A DNA stretch of 32,000 bases from assembly GCA_965219535.1 (NCBI GenBank), contig CBDCNV010000002.1, positions 180,001 through 212,000 on the forward strand. The letters are read 5' to 3'. Shown in pieces: positions 1 through 9,598 of the stretch. Each line of letters begins with the position of its first letter. The first letter of the stretch is position 1. A program made the position numbers and the translations under genes. Under the pieces are notes generated by a model. The model saw only the letters and a program-made list of their open reading frames with translations, ran no database searches and was not told the DNA's origin. Source of the stretch: Opitutales bacterium (GTDB lineage: Bacteria > Verrucomicrobiota > Verrucomicrobiia > Opitutales > PNEW01).

Positions 1-165
1 GGAACTGTTCAGGCCAAAATAACGTTCCGGAAAATCGCTGTTAAACCACCAACGGAACACGCTTTGTATTACAAATAGCCCAAAGTTAATGATGAGAATC
101 CACTTTAAAACAGGGAAGCGGCGAGATGCGCCATCGTAGCGCATATAGGGGCGATCATAGAGCAT
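1..165 (-). CDS. Partial CDS running off the left edge; possible rhomboid-family intramembrane protease N-terminus
   Basis: Read by hand on the reverse strand. ATG is at 165-163, and the translation is MLYDRPYMRYDGASRRFPVLKWILIINFGLFVIQSVFRWWFNSDFPERYFGLNSS, still open at base 1. It is missing from the ORF track because only 55 codons are visible. The YDRPYMR start followed by a first TM helix resembles rhomboid N-termini as I remember them. No catalytic motif is visible. Confidence 0.35.
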   Translation of the reverse strand, partial: MLYDRPYMRYDGASRRFPVLKWILIINFGLFVIQSVFRWWFNSDFPERYFGLNSS

Positions 166-470
166 GAGTTTTTAAAGCGTAAAATGCCTGGGTAAATTTT
201 AGAGCTAAAATCAGCACGTAGTCTATCTCTTGAAGATTATTCAATTTCCGCCAAAGGATCGACTTGTAACTGAGTATTAAGTTTAAGCTTAAAATGCTAT
301 TCATTACAAATTTTTCCGATTATAAAAATCGGCCCTAAAAAATAGGTTCAATTCAATTAATTGTTGCGTCTTATTTTAGGAAAGGACAAGGCGTCAATAG
401 TTTCATATTCTTCTGTAAAAAAAGGATAATAATTGACTATTTTAGCCTTTTAATAACTTTAAGCGCACAA

Positions 471-713
471 ATGGCTGATAAATCAGATAAATGGGCCGAA
501 AATGTAAGCGGGAAATTCTTTGTCGATGAGCAATGCATTGATTGCGATCTCTGTCGAGAAACAGCCCCTGACTTTTTTACTCGTAATGACGATGGCGGTT
601 ACTCCTATGTCTTTAAGCAACCGGAGACAGAGGATCAAATCGCCGAATGCATGGAAGCGCTTGAGGGGTGTCCGGTAGAAGCGATTGGCGAAAACGGTGA
701 CCAGGCGGATTGA
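471..713 (+). CDS. Small single-cluster ferredoxin (4Fe-4S type)
   Basis: 80-aa ORF with CIDCDLC (CxxCxxC) plus a distal CP (EGCPVEAI), the typical single-cluster ferredoxin layout. Confidence 0.85.
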   Translation: MADKSDKWAENVSGKFFVDEQCIDCDLCRETAPDFFTRNDDGGYSYVFKQPETEDQIAECMEALEGCPVEAIGENGDQAD

Positions 714-849
714 TTAGGGAGTTAGAACAGTTCTAAATTGTAATCCTCTTTCACCATTATCCTTTTATTATCATTGATAAATAGGAATGTGTCGGTTGAA
801 GCATTTCCATCATAAATGTGAATAGGGTTCATATCAAAATTTATAAGTA

Positions 850-2325
850 TCAGGAAAAACGCCTCCAAAATGAGGGGACAAAGAGCACGAGAATAGCATA
901 GAGTTCCAAGCGACCCATAATCATCAAGAGAGAGAGGTAATATTTCGTGCTGTCATTAAAAAAAGCATAAGTATGTGTGGGTCCGATCTCGGAAAACCCT
1001 GGCCCAATGTTGTAAAAGCAGGAGATCACTGTAGAATAAGTCCCTTCTAAAGTTAAATTGTGTTCCAGTAATGCGACAACGCATTGGCTTATAAAAATGA
1101 TTACCGTGATAAGCATGATATAGATGACAATATTTTCTTGTGCCGTGGCTGATATATTTCGCCCATTAACTTTTATCGGTCGGACGACATGACTACGAAA
1201 TGCTTTCTCAATATTGACGAGGCAGATTTTAATTCCTATTACCACGCGTATTACCTTTAGACCACCGGCAGTGGAACCAGAGCTGCCACCAATAACCATT
1301 AGGGCCAGAAGAAAAGCGTGTGTCGCCGGTATCCAGGCATCGAAATCAGCGGTAGTGAAACCCGAAGTTGTCGCGATAGAAACTACATGAAAGGCACTTG
1401 CTCGCAAGGCGTCGAGAGGTGTATCAATTATACCATTGATGAGCAAAAGCAGAGTGATTACTACGGTGGAAATAACCAGTATAGCATAAAAGACACGGAT
1501 TTCTGTATTAGTAAGGACGTCTCTCCACTGGCCGCGGAGGCTACGTAGGATGACGAGAAAACTGGTCCCGCCTACGATCATAAAAAGAATAAACATCCAT
1601 TCAATGAGCGGGCTTTGAAAGGCTGCGATACTATTACTGTAAGTACTGAATCCCCCTGTGGCTATAGTGGTAAACATATGGCAGATGGCATCATACCAGG
1701 ACATTCCGCATACATGATAAACCAGGGTGCACACAACTGATATCGCCAAATATAAATAAAGAATACAGAGAACCCCGCTTTGGACTCTAGAGGATTCCAG
1801 CTCCGTTGACTCAGCGGAAGACTCTCGAGAGTAAAGTATTTTTGCCCCCGCTCCGAGAAAGGATAAAACGGCGACAAAAAAAACAACTACCCCAAGGCCA
1901 CCTATCCACTGACTGATCTGCCGCCAAAACATGAGGCTGCGTGGAAACTGTTCAAGGTCGGTAAAGACCGTAGCACCGGTTGTGGTGAGACCTGAAACGG
2001 ATTCAAAAACAGCGTCCGCTAAACTGCAACCTGGGATGACTAAAAAATAGGGCAATGCGCCCGTCATACAGGAGAGAATCCACCCCAGCCCAATCACGCA
2101 GAGTGCTTCCTTGCGTAACATTTTGAAATCGCCGCGTGGGCCAAGTATATACAATGCGACAGCCAGACCAAAAGCAATGCATATACTTATTCCAAAACCG
2201 TGTAATGCCTGTGCTTCGATTAAGCGGTCCCCCGCTAAATAACCCGCGCCAAGACTTACCGATAAGGCAAATCCGATAGCTGCCATGATTACACTTAACA
2301 GCTTGAAGATAACTGCATAATTCAT
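850..2325 (-). CDS. trkH: TrkH/KtrB-family potassium uptake membrane protein
   Basis: 491 aa and polytopic. It carries four selectivity-filter-like repeats: GLTTTGATV, TIATGGFST, ATTSGFTTAD and GGSSGSTAGGLKV. It lies next to trkA. Confidence 0.9.
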   Translation of the reverse strand: MNYAVIFKLLSVIMAAIGFALSVSLGAGYLAGDRLIEAQALHGFGISICIAFGLAVALYILGPRGDFKMLRKEALCVIGLGWILSCMTGALPYFLVIPGCSLADAVFESVSGLTTTGATVFTDLEQFPRSLMFWRQISQWIGGLGVVVFFVAVLSFLGAGAKILYSRESSAESTELESSRVQSGVLCILYLYLAISVVCTLVYHVCGMSWYDAICHMFTTIATGGFSTYSNSIAAFQSPLIEWMFILFMIVGGTSFLVILRSLRGQWRDVLTNTEIRVFYAILVISTVVITLLLLINGIIDTPLDALRASAFHVVSIATTSGFTTADFDAWIPATHAFLLALMVIGGSSGSTAGGLKVIRVVIGIKICLVNIEKAFRSHVVRPIKVNGRNISATAQENIVIYIMLITVIIFISQCVVALLEHNLTLEGTYSTVISCFYNIGPGFSEIGPTHTYAFFNDSTKYYLSLLMIMGRLELYAILVLFVPSFWRRFS

Positions 2326-2426
2326 CTTAAATCAGCTTTCAGCTGCAAAAAGACAGAATTCAATAATAAACGGGATGAGGGGTGTCAAATAAGGCGTCCA
2401 TCAATATAAGATGATTGGGATCCCTA

Positions 2427-3776
2427 TTAAGTGAACAATTTAAGTAATTCTTTTATGTTATCTTCTTTAGTTATAACAACGACTCGATCACCTTCAAGAA
2501 TGATATCTTCAGCGCCGGGAACCACCGCTTGAAATTTATGCAAAAGGGCGACGAAAACCGTGCCCGACGGTAAAGGGATATCTTTAATCAATCGACCTGT
2601 TTGCGAACTTTTACCACTAATCCTGATTTCCAGAATTTTCCCTGCCTTGTTCGGTAAGTCGGCTAGCTCAGTATAAAGTGCCGGTGAGAGGTAGCGCATA
2701 ACTTCGTTAACCGTGGCGATGCGCGGTGAGACAGACAATTCAATACCTAAAGTACTTTTCATCCGTTCGAGGACTTCTTCATAATCTGTCTTATTGATAA
2801 CAATTTGAACATGGGCAGCACCCAGTTTCGATGACTGTAACCCAGTCATTATGTTATTTTCATCATTTTTTGTACAGGCTATAAAATAATCGGTACTACC
2901 TATCTGTTCTTCTTCTAACAGGCGTAACCGTGTAGCATCACCGTTGATAACTGTGACATGAGGAAATTTTTCTGCTAGAAAGTCACATTTCTCACGATCA
3001 CTATCGATGATGCGAATTTTAAATCGGGGATTAGCAAGCAATCGAACCAGGGCAATTGAAATCTCACTCCCCCCAAAAAGAACAACGCGGACTATATTCG
3101 CGGTATTATCAGGATTGAAATTCACGCGCGATTCCATCATTACATCGGGAGGGCCGAATAGCGTTACCCAGTCACCCGCTTCTAATATTGAATCACCCGT
3201 TGGCAGTTCTATTTTGTCAGCCCGTTGGATCGCCCCGATCCTCATCTTAGGATTTATTTTTAATTCCGCCAGTGTCTTACCCGTTAGCTTGGATTTTTTA
3301 GCTAATTGCACTTGTTGGACCTCAATCTGACCGCGGGCAAAATTTTCGACTGCAACCCTTCCCGGATTGCGAATCGTTTTGGCCAGCTCAACCGCGCAAA
3401 GTGCTTCGGGGTTGAGGAGCATATCTATACCAAAATGAAGTTGGTAATTAAGATAGGAATTGTCAGTATAAGTCTGATCGTGAACACGGGCGATGGTCGT
3501 CCCTGCCCCTAATGCTTTGGCTAATGAGCTTGAGATTAAGTTAGTCTTATCGTCACTTGTCATCGCGAGGAAGAAATCACAATCATCAACTTCGGCTTTT
3601 TTAAGCGTTTCTGCCGAACTGCCGTTCCCTTCCAAAACACGAACGTCATATTGCTCATCGGCACGACTTACGTTTTTCCCTGCAGATTCGATGAGCGTAA
3701 CTTCATGTGCATGTCCACTCAACATCCCACATAAGTAGCTGCCAACCTCTCCGGCTCCGACAATTACTATTTTCAT
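2427..3776 (-). CDS. trkA: Trk system potassium uptake protein TrkA (two RCK/NAD-binding domains)
   Basis: 449 aa. The N-terminus MKIVIVGAGEVGSYL is a Rossmann motif, and a second Rossmann repeat (VVLFGGSEISIAL) occurs mid-protein. Two TrkA-C-like segments are present. The gene is upstream of trkH on the same strand. Confidence 0.9.
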   Translation of the reverse strand: MKIVIVGAGEVGSYLCGMLSGHAHEVTLIESAGKNVSRADEQYDVRVLEGNGSSAETLKKAEVDDCDFFLAMTSDDKTNLISSSLAKALGAGTTIARVHDQTYTDNSYLNYQLHFGIDMLLNPEALCAVELAKTIRNPGRVAVENFARGQIEVQQVQLAKKSKLTGKTLAELKINPKMRIGAIQRADKIELPTGDSILEAGDWVTLFGPPDVMMESRVNFNPDNTANIVRVVLFGGSEISIALVRLLANPRFKIRIIDSDREKCDFLAEKFPHVTVINGDATRLRLLEEEQIGSTDYFIACTKNDENNIMTGLQSSKLGAAHVQIVINKTDYEEVLERMKSTLGIELSVSPRIATVNEVMRYLSPALYTELADLPNKAGKILEIRISGKSSQTGRLIKDIPLPSGTVFVALLHKFQAVVPGAEDIILEGDRVVVITKEDNIKELLKLFT

Positions 3777-4130
3777 AGCCTATTAAATATAATGCAGTGA
3801 GATAAAAAAGATAATCCTTATAAACCGAACGTTGAGACGATGATAATAAGGATAGAGGAGGTATCGATTCTTACCTTAAGTGAAGGTAATTCAAATCAAA
3901 CTTTACTGAATATTGTAAAAGAATCGCTCAACAATGAAAGATTATTTTTTGTAATACTTTAAAAAATAAGAGACGCTCAGTGGCCTATTTCTTCGTTATT
4001 TCTAATAGTTGTGGAATTTATTATCGATTATTAAACAAGAAATTTTCTTGTGCTTCGCGTAGTTGTTAACGCTTAGTGATTGAATTGATGAAAAAGAGCG
4101 CTTAAAGTTATTTGGAATAGACATAAAGTC

Positions 4131-4643
4131 ATGATAAAAAAAGCTAAAAGCAGGTCTAAACCGCTCGTTGGAATTATTATGGGCAGCGCATCCGATTGGG
4201 ATACTATGCGGCATGCAGCCGTTAGCCTGGATGCACTGAAAGTGTCTTATGAGAAAAAAATTGTCAGTGCCCATCGCACACCCGAATTACTATACAAATA
4301 TGCCCGTGAAGCGTCGGAACGGGGGTTAAAAGTAATCATTGCGGGGGCAGGTGGAGCTGCGCATTTACCAGGAATGACAGCTTCATTGACCGAGCTACCA
4401 GTTCTCGGGGTACCCGTTCAGTCACGGGCGCTCAGCGGGTTGGATTCTCTTTTATCTATAGTACAGATGCCGGCCGGTATCCCTGTCCCGACTTTCGCGA
4501 TTGGAAAAGCAGGCGCCATCAATGCAGCACTTAGTGCGGCCTCTATTCTCTCCCTTGAGAACAAAAGCCTTCGTAATCAGCTAAATAAATTGCGTGAGGC
4601 GCAGACTGCTAAGGTGCTCAAGACAATATTACCTGGCTCATGA
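4131..4643 (+). CDS. purE: N5-carboxyaminoimidazole ribonucleotide mutase (class I PurE)
   Basis: 170 aa with [17 protein letters not shown] and [10 protein letters not shown] motifs. Its stop overlaps the purK start in an ATGA. Confidence 0.95.
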   Translation: MIKKAKSRSKPLVGIIMGSASDWDTMRHAAVSLDALKVSYEKKIVSAHRTPELLYKYAREASERGLKVIIAGAGGAAHLPGMTASLTELPVLGVPVQSRALSGLDSLLSIVQMPAGIPVPTFAIGKAGAINAALSAASILSLENKSLRNQLNKLREAQTAKVLKTILPGS

Positions 4644-5782
4644 TTCCACCCGGTAGCACGATCGGGATCCTCGGGGGGGGACAGCTCGGTCGCATGACCG
4701 TTCTCGCTGGCAGGAGAATGGGATATCGTTTTAATATTTTTGAACCCAACGCGGGGTGTGCTGCCGGCATGGTCGCGGATCTCGAGGTGAACGCTCCCTA
4801 TAATGATTTGCATAGCTTGCGTAATTTTGCTTCGCAGGTTGACGTCGTTACCCTTGAGTTTGAAAATATTCCTCTTTCGGCAATAGAAGTCATTGCAGAG
4901 CGAGTGTCCCTACATCCCTCGGGACAAGTTTTGCACATTTGTCAGCATCGTCAGCGAGAAAAAGATTTTTTAAGTCAATCGGGATTCCCATGTGTTCCTT
5001 TTGAAGTAGTTAAATCTTCTCGGGAATTTGCCGCCGCGGTAATACGGATGGGGTTACCTTGTGTTCTTAAAACAGCTTCGTTTGGGTACGATGGCAAAGG
5101 ACAGAGAAAGATAGATTCTACTGATGAGGACTTCGAAGCGATATGGCATGATTTTGGCAGTGATGTCGGGATCGTCGAAAAATGGATTTCTTTTCGTGGT
5201 GAATATTCTGTCATCTGCGCGATGAATGAACAGGGAGAGGGAAATACCTTCCCCATGTCTGAAAACATCCATCGAGACCACATCTTACATACATCGATAG
5301 TGCCTGCTCGAATCGAAGCAGATAAGCAACGTGAAGCAGAGGACCTCGCAATGAAGATAGCTAAAGCGCTCGATTTAGTAGGCCTGTTGGCGGTTGAATT
5401 ATTTTTAACTCAGGATAATGAATGGCTGGTAAATGAACTTGCTCCTCGCCCGCACAATTCCGGACATTATAGTTTTGACGCCTGCTTAACCAATCAATTC
5501 GAGCAGCATGTAAGAGCGGTTTGCGGGCTTCCACTGGGAGCTACAACATTACTTTCTCCTGTCGTAATGGTTAACTTACTCGGTGAATTATGGAATCCAG
5601 ATATACCCGAATGGAATATTCTTCTGCGTGATCCAACCATTAAACTGCATCTCTATGATAAGGGATCGCCGCGAGCCGGGCGTAAAATGGGGCATTACTG
5701 TGTCCTCGATGAATCTATTAATACAGCTTTGGGAAAAGCTGAAAATATATTCGAAGCCCTGGGTAGAACTTCAGGGCTCTAG
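4640..5782 (+). CDS. purK: N5-carboxyaminoimidazole ribonucleotide synthase (ATP-grasp PurK)
   Basis: 380 aa with [11 protein letters not shown] at the N-terminus, an ATP-grasp core (GYDGKGQ) and [12 protein letters not shown]. It is translationally coupled to purE. Confidence 0.95.
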   Translation: MIPPGSTIGILGGGQLGRMTVLAGRRMGYRFNIFEPNAGCAAGMVADLEVNAPYNDLHSLRNFASQVDVVTLEFENIPLSAIEVIAERVSLHPSGQVLHICQHRQREKDFLSQSGFPCVPFEVVKSSREFAAAVIRMGLPCVLKTASFGYDGKGQRKIDSTDEDFEAIWHDFGSDVGIVEKWISFRGEYSVICAMNEQGEGNTFPMSENIHRDHILHTSIVPARIEADKQREAEDLAMKIAKALDLVGLLAVELFLTQDNEWLVNELAPRPHNSGHYSFDACLTNQFEQHVRAVCGLPLGATTLLSPVVMVNLLGELWNPDIPEWNILLRDPTIKLHLYDKGSPRAGRKMGHYCVLDESINTALGKAENIFEALGRTSGL

Positions 5783-5943
5783 CCCCTGTGAAGTTATTTT
5801 TCATCTAAACTTTATTTCTCCATGTGTGAAACAAGATCGCAATTTTCAACAAGCAATTCCTCAGATAAGTCTTGAGTTATCTTTATTCAAATCCGCGTTA
5901 TTATTTGAGAAAGCGCAATTAAATATTTTTGAATTAAGTTATT

Positions 5944-7605
5944 ATGAGGGAGGAATTTTCCAATGTAGCGCGCTATCTCTCTGTGATGGCGAGGGAGGAT
6001 CCCCTTCTATGTGCGATTAAGGATCCGCATCATCGCGAACCTAATGGAACTATTATTTATAATGAACTTACCTTTCTTGAATTGAATAAATACTGTGATG
6101 CAGTTTCACGTTATATAAGCGAATGTAAAATAGGGCGTGGTACCCGCGTGCTACTATTACTGAAACCAGGATTAAATTTTTTATTCATAAGCTTTGCCCT
6201 TTTTAAGATTGGTGCGGTACCTATTTTTATTGATCCAGGTATGGGGCTCAAAAATTTCTTAAACTGTGTGCTTAATTCGCAGCCCGAAGGGCTGATCGGG
6301 ATCCCCAAAGCGCAATGGTTTAGCCGTATTTTCTTTCCTTATTTCCGTAATCTCCGGGTGAGAATAAATGTCGAGAGTTATAAGTTTGTGCAAGCTGTTG
6401 ACAAATTGCTTTCAAGCGAAGATGAGAACGACAATTTCGATATTGCACCAACCGGGAGTGAAGAACTTGCGGCTATTCTGTTTACTTCAGGGTCTACGGG
6501 ACCACCGAAGGGAGTTTCTTACGAACACGGTGTATTTGAATCTCAAGTAAATCTAATTCGCGAGCACTATGGTATCAAACGCGGCGAGATCGATTTTCCC
6601 ATGCTACCCATTTTCGCACTTTTTAATCCAGCACTGGGAATGACGACGATTGTTCCAGAAATGAATCCCAGTCGACCGGCAACAGTAGATCCTCGAAAGG
6701 TGGTAGAAGCGATTAATCAATGCGAGGTTACGAATAGTTTTGGTTCACCTGCGATTTGGTCAAGAGTTGCTCGGTATTGCAATGGGAGTAAAATCAACCT
6801 AGCGACGATGAAACGGATCCTTATTGCCGGTGCTCCAGTCCCGCTACCGCTTATCGAAAATTTAAGTAAATGCCTTCCCTGTGGCGCTATTTACACACCC
6901 TATGGCGCTACAGAATGCTTACCTATTACCTCAATCGGCAGCGCCGAAATAATAAAGGAGACTTCGCGCCTTACGCTTCAGGGAAAGGGGACTTGTGTAG
7001 GGCGACCCCTTCCAGGGATCATCGTGCGTGTTATTAAAATCCATGATGATTCGATTGGTGTTTGGGATGAGTGTCTTGAACTGCCCCAGGGATCAATAGG
7101 AGAAATCATTGTCAAAGGTTCAGTCGTAACCAAAGAATACGATGCACTAAAAGAACATACAGAATTGGCAAAGATCAATGAGGGTAACTCTATTTGGCAT
7201 CGGACTGGAGATTTAGGATATATTGATAATGAAAACCGGCTCTGGTTTTGTGGACGCAAGGTTGAACGTGTACCTACGGCTCAGGGGGAGCTTTATACAG
7301 ACTGTTGCGAGTCCATTTATAATCAACATCCTGAAGTTTTCAGGACTGCATTAATTGGCTTAGGTGAATCTCACGAATTAATACCTGCCATTGTAGTCGA
7401 ACCCGAAAAAGGTAACTTCCCTAATAGTGTTTCCCATCGTAAAAGATTAATAACCGAACTTAAAGCACTAGGTGAAGATTACCAGATGACACGGGGTATT
7501 GTTCGGTTTTTTATCCAAAAAAGTTTACCGGTTGATATACGACATAATGCAAAAATTCATCGCCTTACCTTGGCGCGAAAATATAATTTATCTTCTCCAA
7601 TATAA
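5944..7605 (+). CDS. Adenylate-forming enzyme of the OleC / 'fatty acid CoA ligase family' type (beta-lactone-synthetase-like)
   Basis: 553 aa. ANL-superfamily motifs are present: AAILFTSGSTGPPKG, TPYGATE, HRTGDLGYID and WFCGRK. The protein is collinear with OleC as I recall it (FALFKxGAVP..DPG, FALFNPALG, RPATVDPRK, C-terminal PVDIRHNAKI). An OleD-like reductase follows 15 nt downstream. Confidence 0.75.
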   Translation: MREEFSNVARYLSVMAREDPLLCAIKDPHHREPNGTIIYNELTFLELNKYCDAVSRYISECKIGRGTRVLLLLKPGLNFLFISFALFKIGAVPIFIDPGMGLKNFLNCVLNSQPEGLIGIPKAQWFSRIFFPYFRNLRVRINVESYKFVQAVDKLLSSEDENDNFDIAPTGSEELAAILFTSGSTGPPKGVSYEHGVFESQVNLIREHYGIKRGEIDFPMLPIFALFNPALGMTTIVPEMNPSRPATVDPRKVVEAINQCEVTNSFGSPAIWSRVARYCNGSKINLATMKRILIAGAPVPLPLIENLSKCLPCGAIYTPYGATECLPITSIGSAEIIKETSRLTLQGKGTCVGRPLPGIIVRVIKIHDDSIGVWDECLELPQGSIGEIIVKGSVVTKEYDALKEHTELAKINEGNSIWHRTGDLGYIDNENRLWFCGRKVERVPTAQGELYTDCCESIYNQHPEVFRTALIGLGESHELIPAIVVEPEKGNFPNSVSHRKRLITELKALGEDYQMTRGIVRFFIQKSLPVDIRHNAKIHRLTLARKYNLSSPI

Positions 7606-7620
7606 ATTTCTTTCTAAAGG

Positions 7621-8622
7621 ATGAAAGCATTGGTAACAGGTGGGAGAGGATTTCTAGGACGCTATGTCGTTAAAAAATTGTGTGCGCGTGGGGCTGAGGT
7701 TGCTATCCTGGGTCGATCACCACAACCCGCGATTGAGGCTCATGGAGTTAAGGTTTATCGGGGTGAAATTGAAAATTTTAATAGTGTTAAGGATGCTTGT
7801 CAGGGTTGCGATGTAGTATTTCATATCGCGGCTAAAGCTGGTATCTGGGGGAGCTGGAAAAGTTTTTTTCACCCTAACGTCATTGGAACGAGAAATGTGA
7901 TCAATGCCTGTAAAGAGCAGGGGATCACACGGCTAATTTACACCAGCACCCCAAGTGTAGTATACAATGGGAACTCCTTTGAAGGGGCGGATGAATCGCT
8001 GCCCTATGGGTGTAATTGGCTATCTCACTACGCGCATACGAAAGCAATTGCCGAGGCTGAAATGCTCGCCGCTAACAACGATGGGGGATTGCGCACCATA
8101 GCTTTGCGTCCGCATCTGATTTGGGGGATTGGTGACCCGCACTTAATTCCCCGTGTCGTTGCGCGCGCGCGCGCGGGTAAATTACGCATCATCGGTAATG
8201 GCCGCAATCGCGTTGACATCACGCATGTTGACAATGCTGCCCATGCACACCTTTTAGCTTTCGATGCTTTGGAGAATGGAAATGCCGGTGGCAGGGCTTA
8301 TTTCATTTCTCAAGATCAACCTGTGGTTCTGTGGGAATGGATAAATGAATTGCTCACTCGTCTGAATATTCGACCCGTAGAAAAAAGAATCAGCTTAAAT
8401 AAAGCGTATGTATTAGGCATGGGGTTTGAGGGTATATATAAAATATCAGGCCTTAGCTCGGACCCCCCGATGACACGGTTTCTCGCAGTGGAGCTCGCAA
8501 AAAACCATTTTTTTAATATCGCTGCCGCGCGTCGTGATCTAGGATATGAACCAGCGATCAACATAGAAACGGGGCTCAATCAACTGGTTGAGCATCTAAA
8601 TAAAGCGGGACCCATAAATTAA
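7621..8622 (+). CDS. NAD(P)-dependent extended SDR, 3beta-hydroxysteroid dehydrogenase/OleD-like reductase
   Basis: 333 aa with the Rossmann motif VTGGRGFLG, a catalytic YxxxK (YAHTK) and STPSVV. Length and order match the OleD/3beta-HSD family. Confidence 0.8.
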   Translation: MKALVTGGRGFLGRYVVKKLCARGAEVAILGRSPQPAIEAHGVKVYRGEIENFNSVKDACQGCDVVFHIAAKAGIWGSWKSFFHPNVIGTRNVINACKEQGITRLIYTSTPSVVYNGNSFEGADESLPYGCNWLSHYAHTKAIAEAEMLAANNDGGLRTIALRPHLIWGIGDPHLIPRVVARARAGKLRIIGNGRNRVDITHVDNAAHAHLLAFDALENGNAGGRAYFISQDQPVVLWEWINELLTRLNIRPVEKRISLNKAYVLGMGFEGIYKISGLSSDPPMTRFLAVELAKNHFFNIAAARRDLGYEPAINIETGLNQLVEHLNKAGPIN

Positions 8623-8690
8623 GAACCTTCAGATTTTACCTCAGGGTAAAAACATTGCAGTCTATTTTTACACATGTTTTAAATCGTAAT

Positions 8691-9557
8691 ATGGGTCATT
8701 CAAATAAGGTTCTCCTCTCCGTTTTAATTCCGGTAAAAAATGAATATCTGAATTTGGAACGCTGTCTCCAATCTATCAATTGGGCGGATGAAATCTTTGT
8801 TGTTGATTCCCAAAGTACGGATGGAACTCAAGAGATTGCGACAAAATTTAATGTTAAAGTTGTACAATTTAAATTTAGCGGAATCTGGCCGAAAAAGAAA
8901 AACTGGGCACTCGAGAACCTGCCGTTCAAGCACGAATGGGTTTTTATCATGGACGCTGATGAAGCGCTCCCACCAATGGCGGAAGAGGAATTTCGCGAGG
9001 TAGTGGAGAATGAGGATGGATCAGTAGTCGGCTATTGGATAAATCGTAGGTTTCATTTTATGGGGAAATGGCTCAAACATGCCTATTACCCGAATTGGAA
9101 TTTACGTCTTTTTAAGCACCGATTGGGTCGATTTGAAAAATTGACCAATTCAGCAACAGATAGTGGCGATAATGAGGTGCATGAACATGTTATTATTCAG
9201 GGTGAAACGGATCGTCTAAAAACAGAGATGGATCATTACGCCTTTCCCTCCGTCGCCTCATTTGTAGAGAAGCACAATCGTTATTCAAACTGGGAAGCGA
9301 GAGTTGCTCTTGAAAATAATGGTCTCATTGCAAGTGATTCTTCCTTACAAAATTCAGAAGTAAATTTTCGTCGCAGCATGAAACGATGGTCCGCGAATTT
9401 ACCCTTTCGACCCTGGCTCCGTTTTTTCTATGTTTTTATTTTTCAAGGGGGATTTCTTGATGGAAGAGAAGGATATTATTTTGCCCGTTTACACGGGTAT
9501 TATGAATTTTTAAACGAAGCTAAGTTCTATGAACTTAAAAAAGAAAAAAAGACTTAA
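8691..9557 (+). CDS. Glycosyltransferase family 2 (LPS-core WaaE/KdtX-like)
   Basis: LSVLIPVKNE, VVDSQSTDGT and the DXD motif IMDADE. The ORF is open from a TTG at 8655, but the ATG at 8691 gives the usual short GT2 N-terminus. The start is uncertain; the end is firm. Confidence 0.8.
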   Translation: MGHSNKVLLSVLIPVKNEYLNLERCLQSINWADEIFVVDSQSTDGTQEIATKFNVKVVQFKFSGIWPKKKNWALENLPFKHEWVFIMDADEALPPMAEEEFREVVENEDGSVVGYWINRRFHFMGKWLKHAYYPNWNLRLFKHRLGRFEKLTNSATDSGDNEVHEHVIIQGETDRLKTEMDHYAFPSVASFVEKHNRYSNWEARVALENNGLIASDSSLQNSEVNFRRSMKRWSANLPFRPWLRFFYVFIFQGGFLDGREGYYFARLHGYYEFLNEAKFYELKKEKKT

Positions 9558-9598
9558 GCTATTTTAACTAATATTCGCCGATCGAAAGTTACGTTTCT

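Noticed and set aside
714-849. Possible terminator TTAGAAC-A-GTTCTAA after the ferredoxin gene
   Set aside because: The loop is too small, the stem is AT-rich and no downstream T-tract follows. It is not convincing as an intrinsic terminator.
1318-1886. Short ORFs on both strands (76 and 74 aa) inside the trkH region
   Set aside because: They lie antisense or out of frame within trkH and are low-complexity translations, so they are spurious.
3007-3738. Three plus-strand ORFs (107, 68 and 81 aa)
   Set aside because: All lie antisense within trkA, whose product is unambiguous. No motifs are present.
3777-4130. Looked for a purine riboswitch or other leader upstream of purE
   Set aside because: I could not find the conserved purine-riboswitch junction or loop sequences. 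Only short AT-rich hairpins are present (for example TACCTT-N5-AAGGTA near 3873-3889) with no T-tract, so I make no call.
4002-4274. 90-aa minus-strand ORF overlapping the purE start
   Set aside because: It overlaps the conserved purE 5' end in antisense and the AT-rich intergenic region. It has no motifs.
5583-6020. 145-aa plus-strand ORF bridging the purK 3' end and the next gene's 5' end
   Set aside because: It is out of frame with two well-supported genes and spans the intergenic region, so it is spurious.
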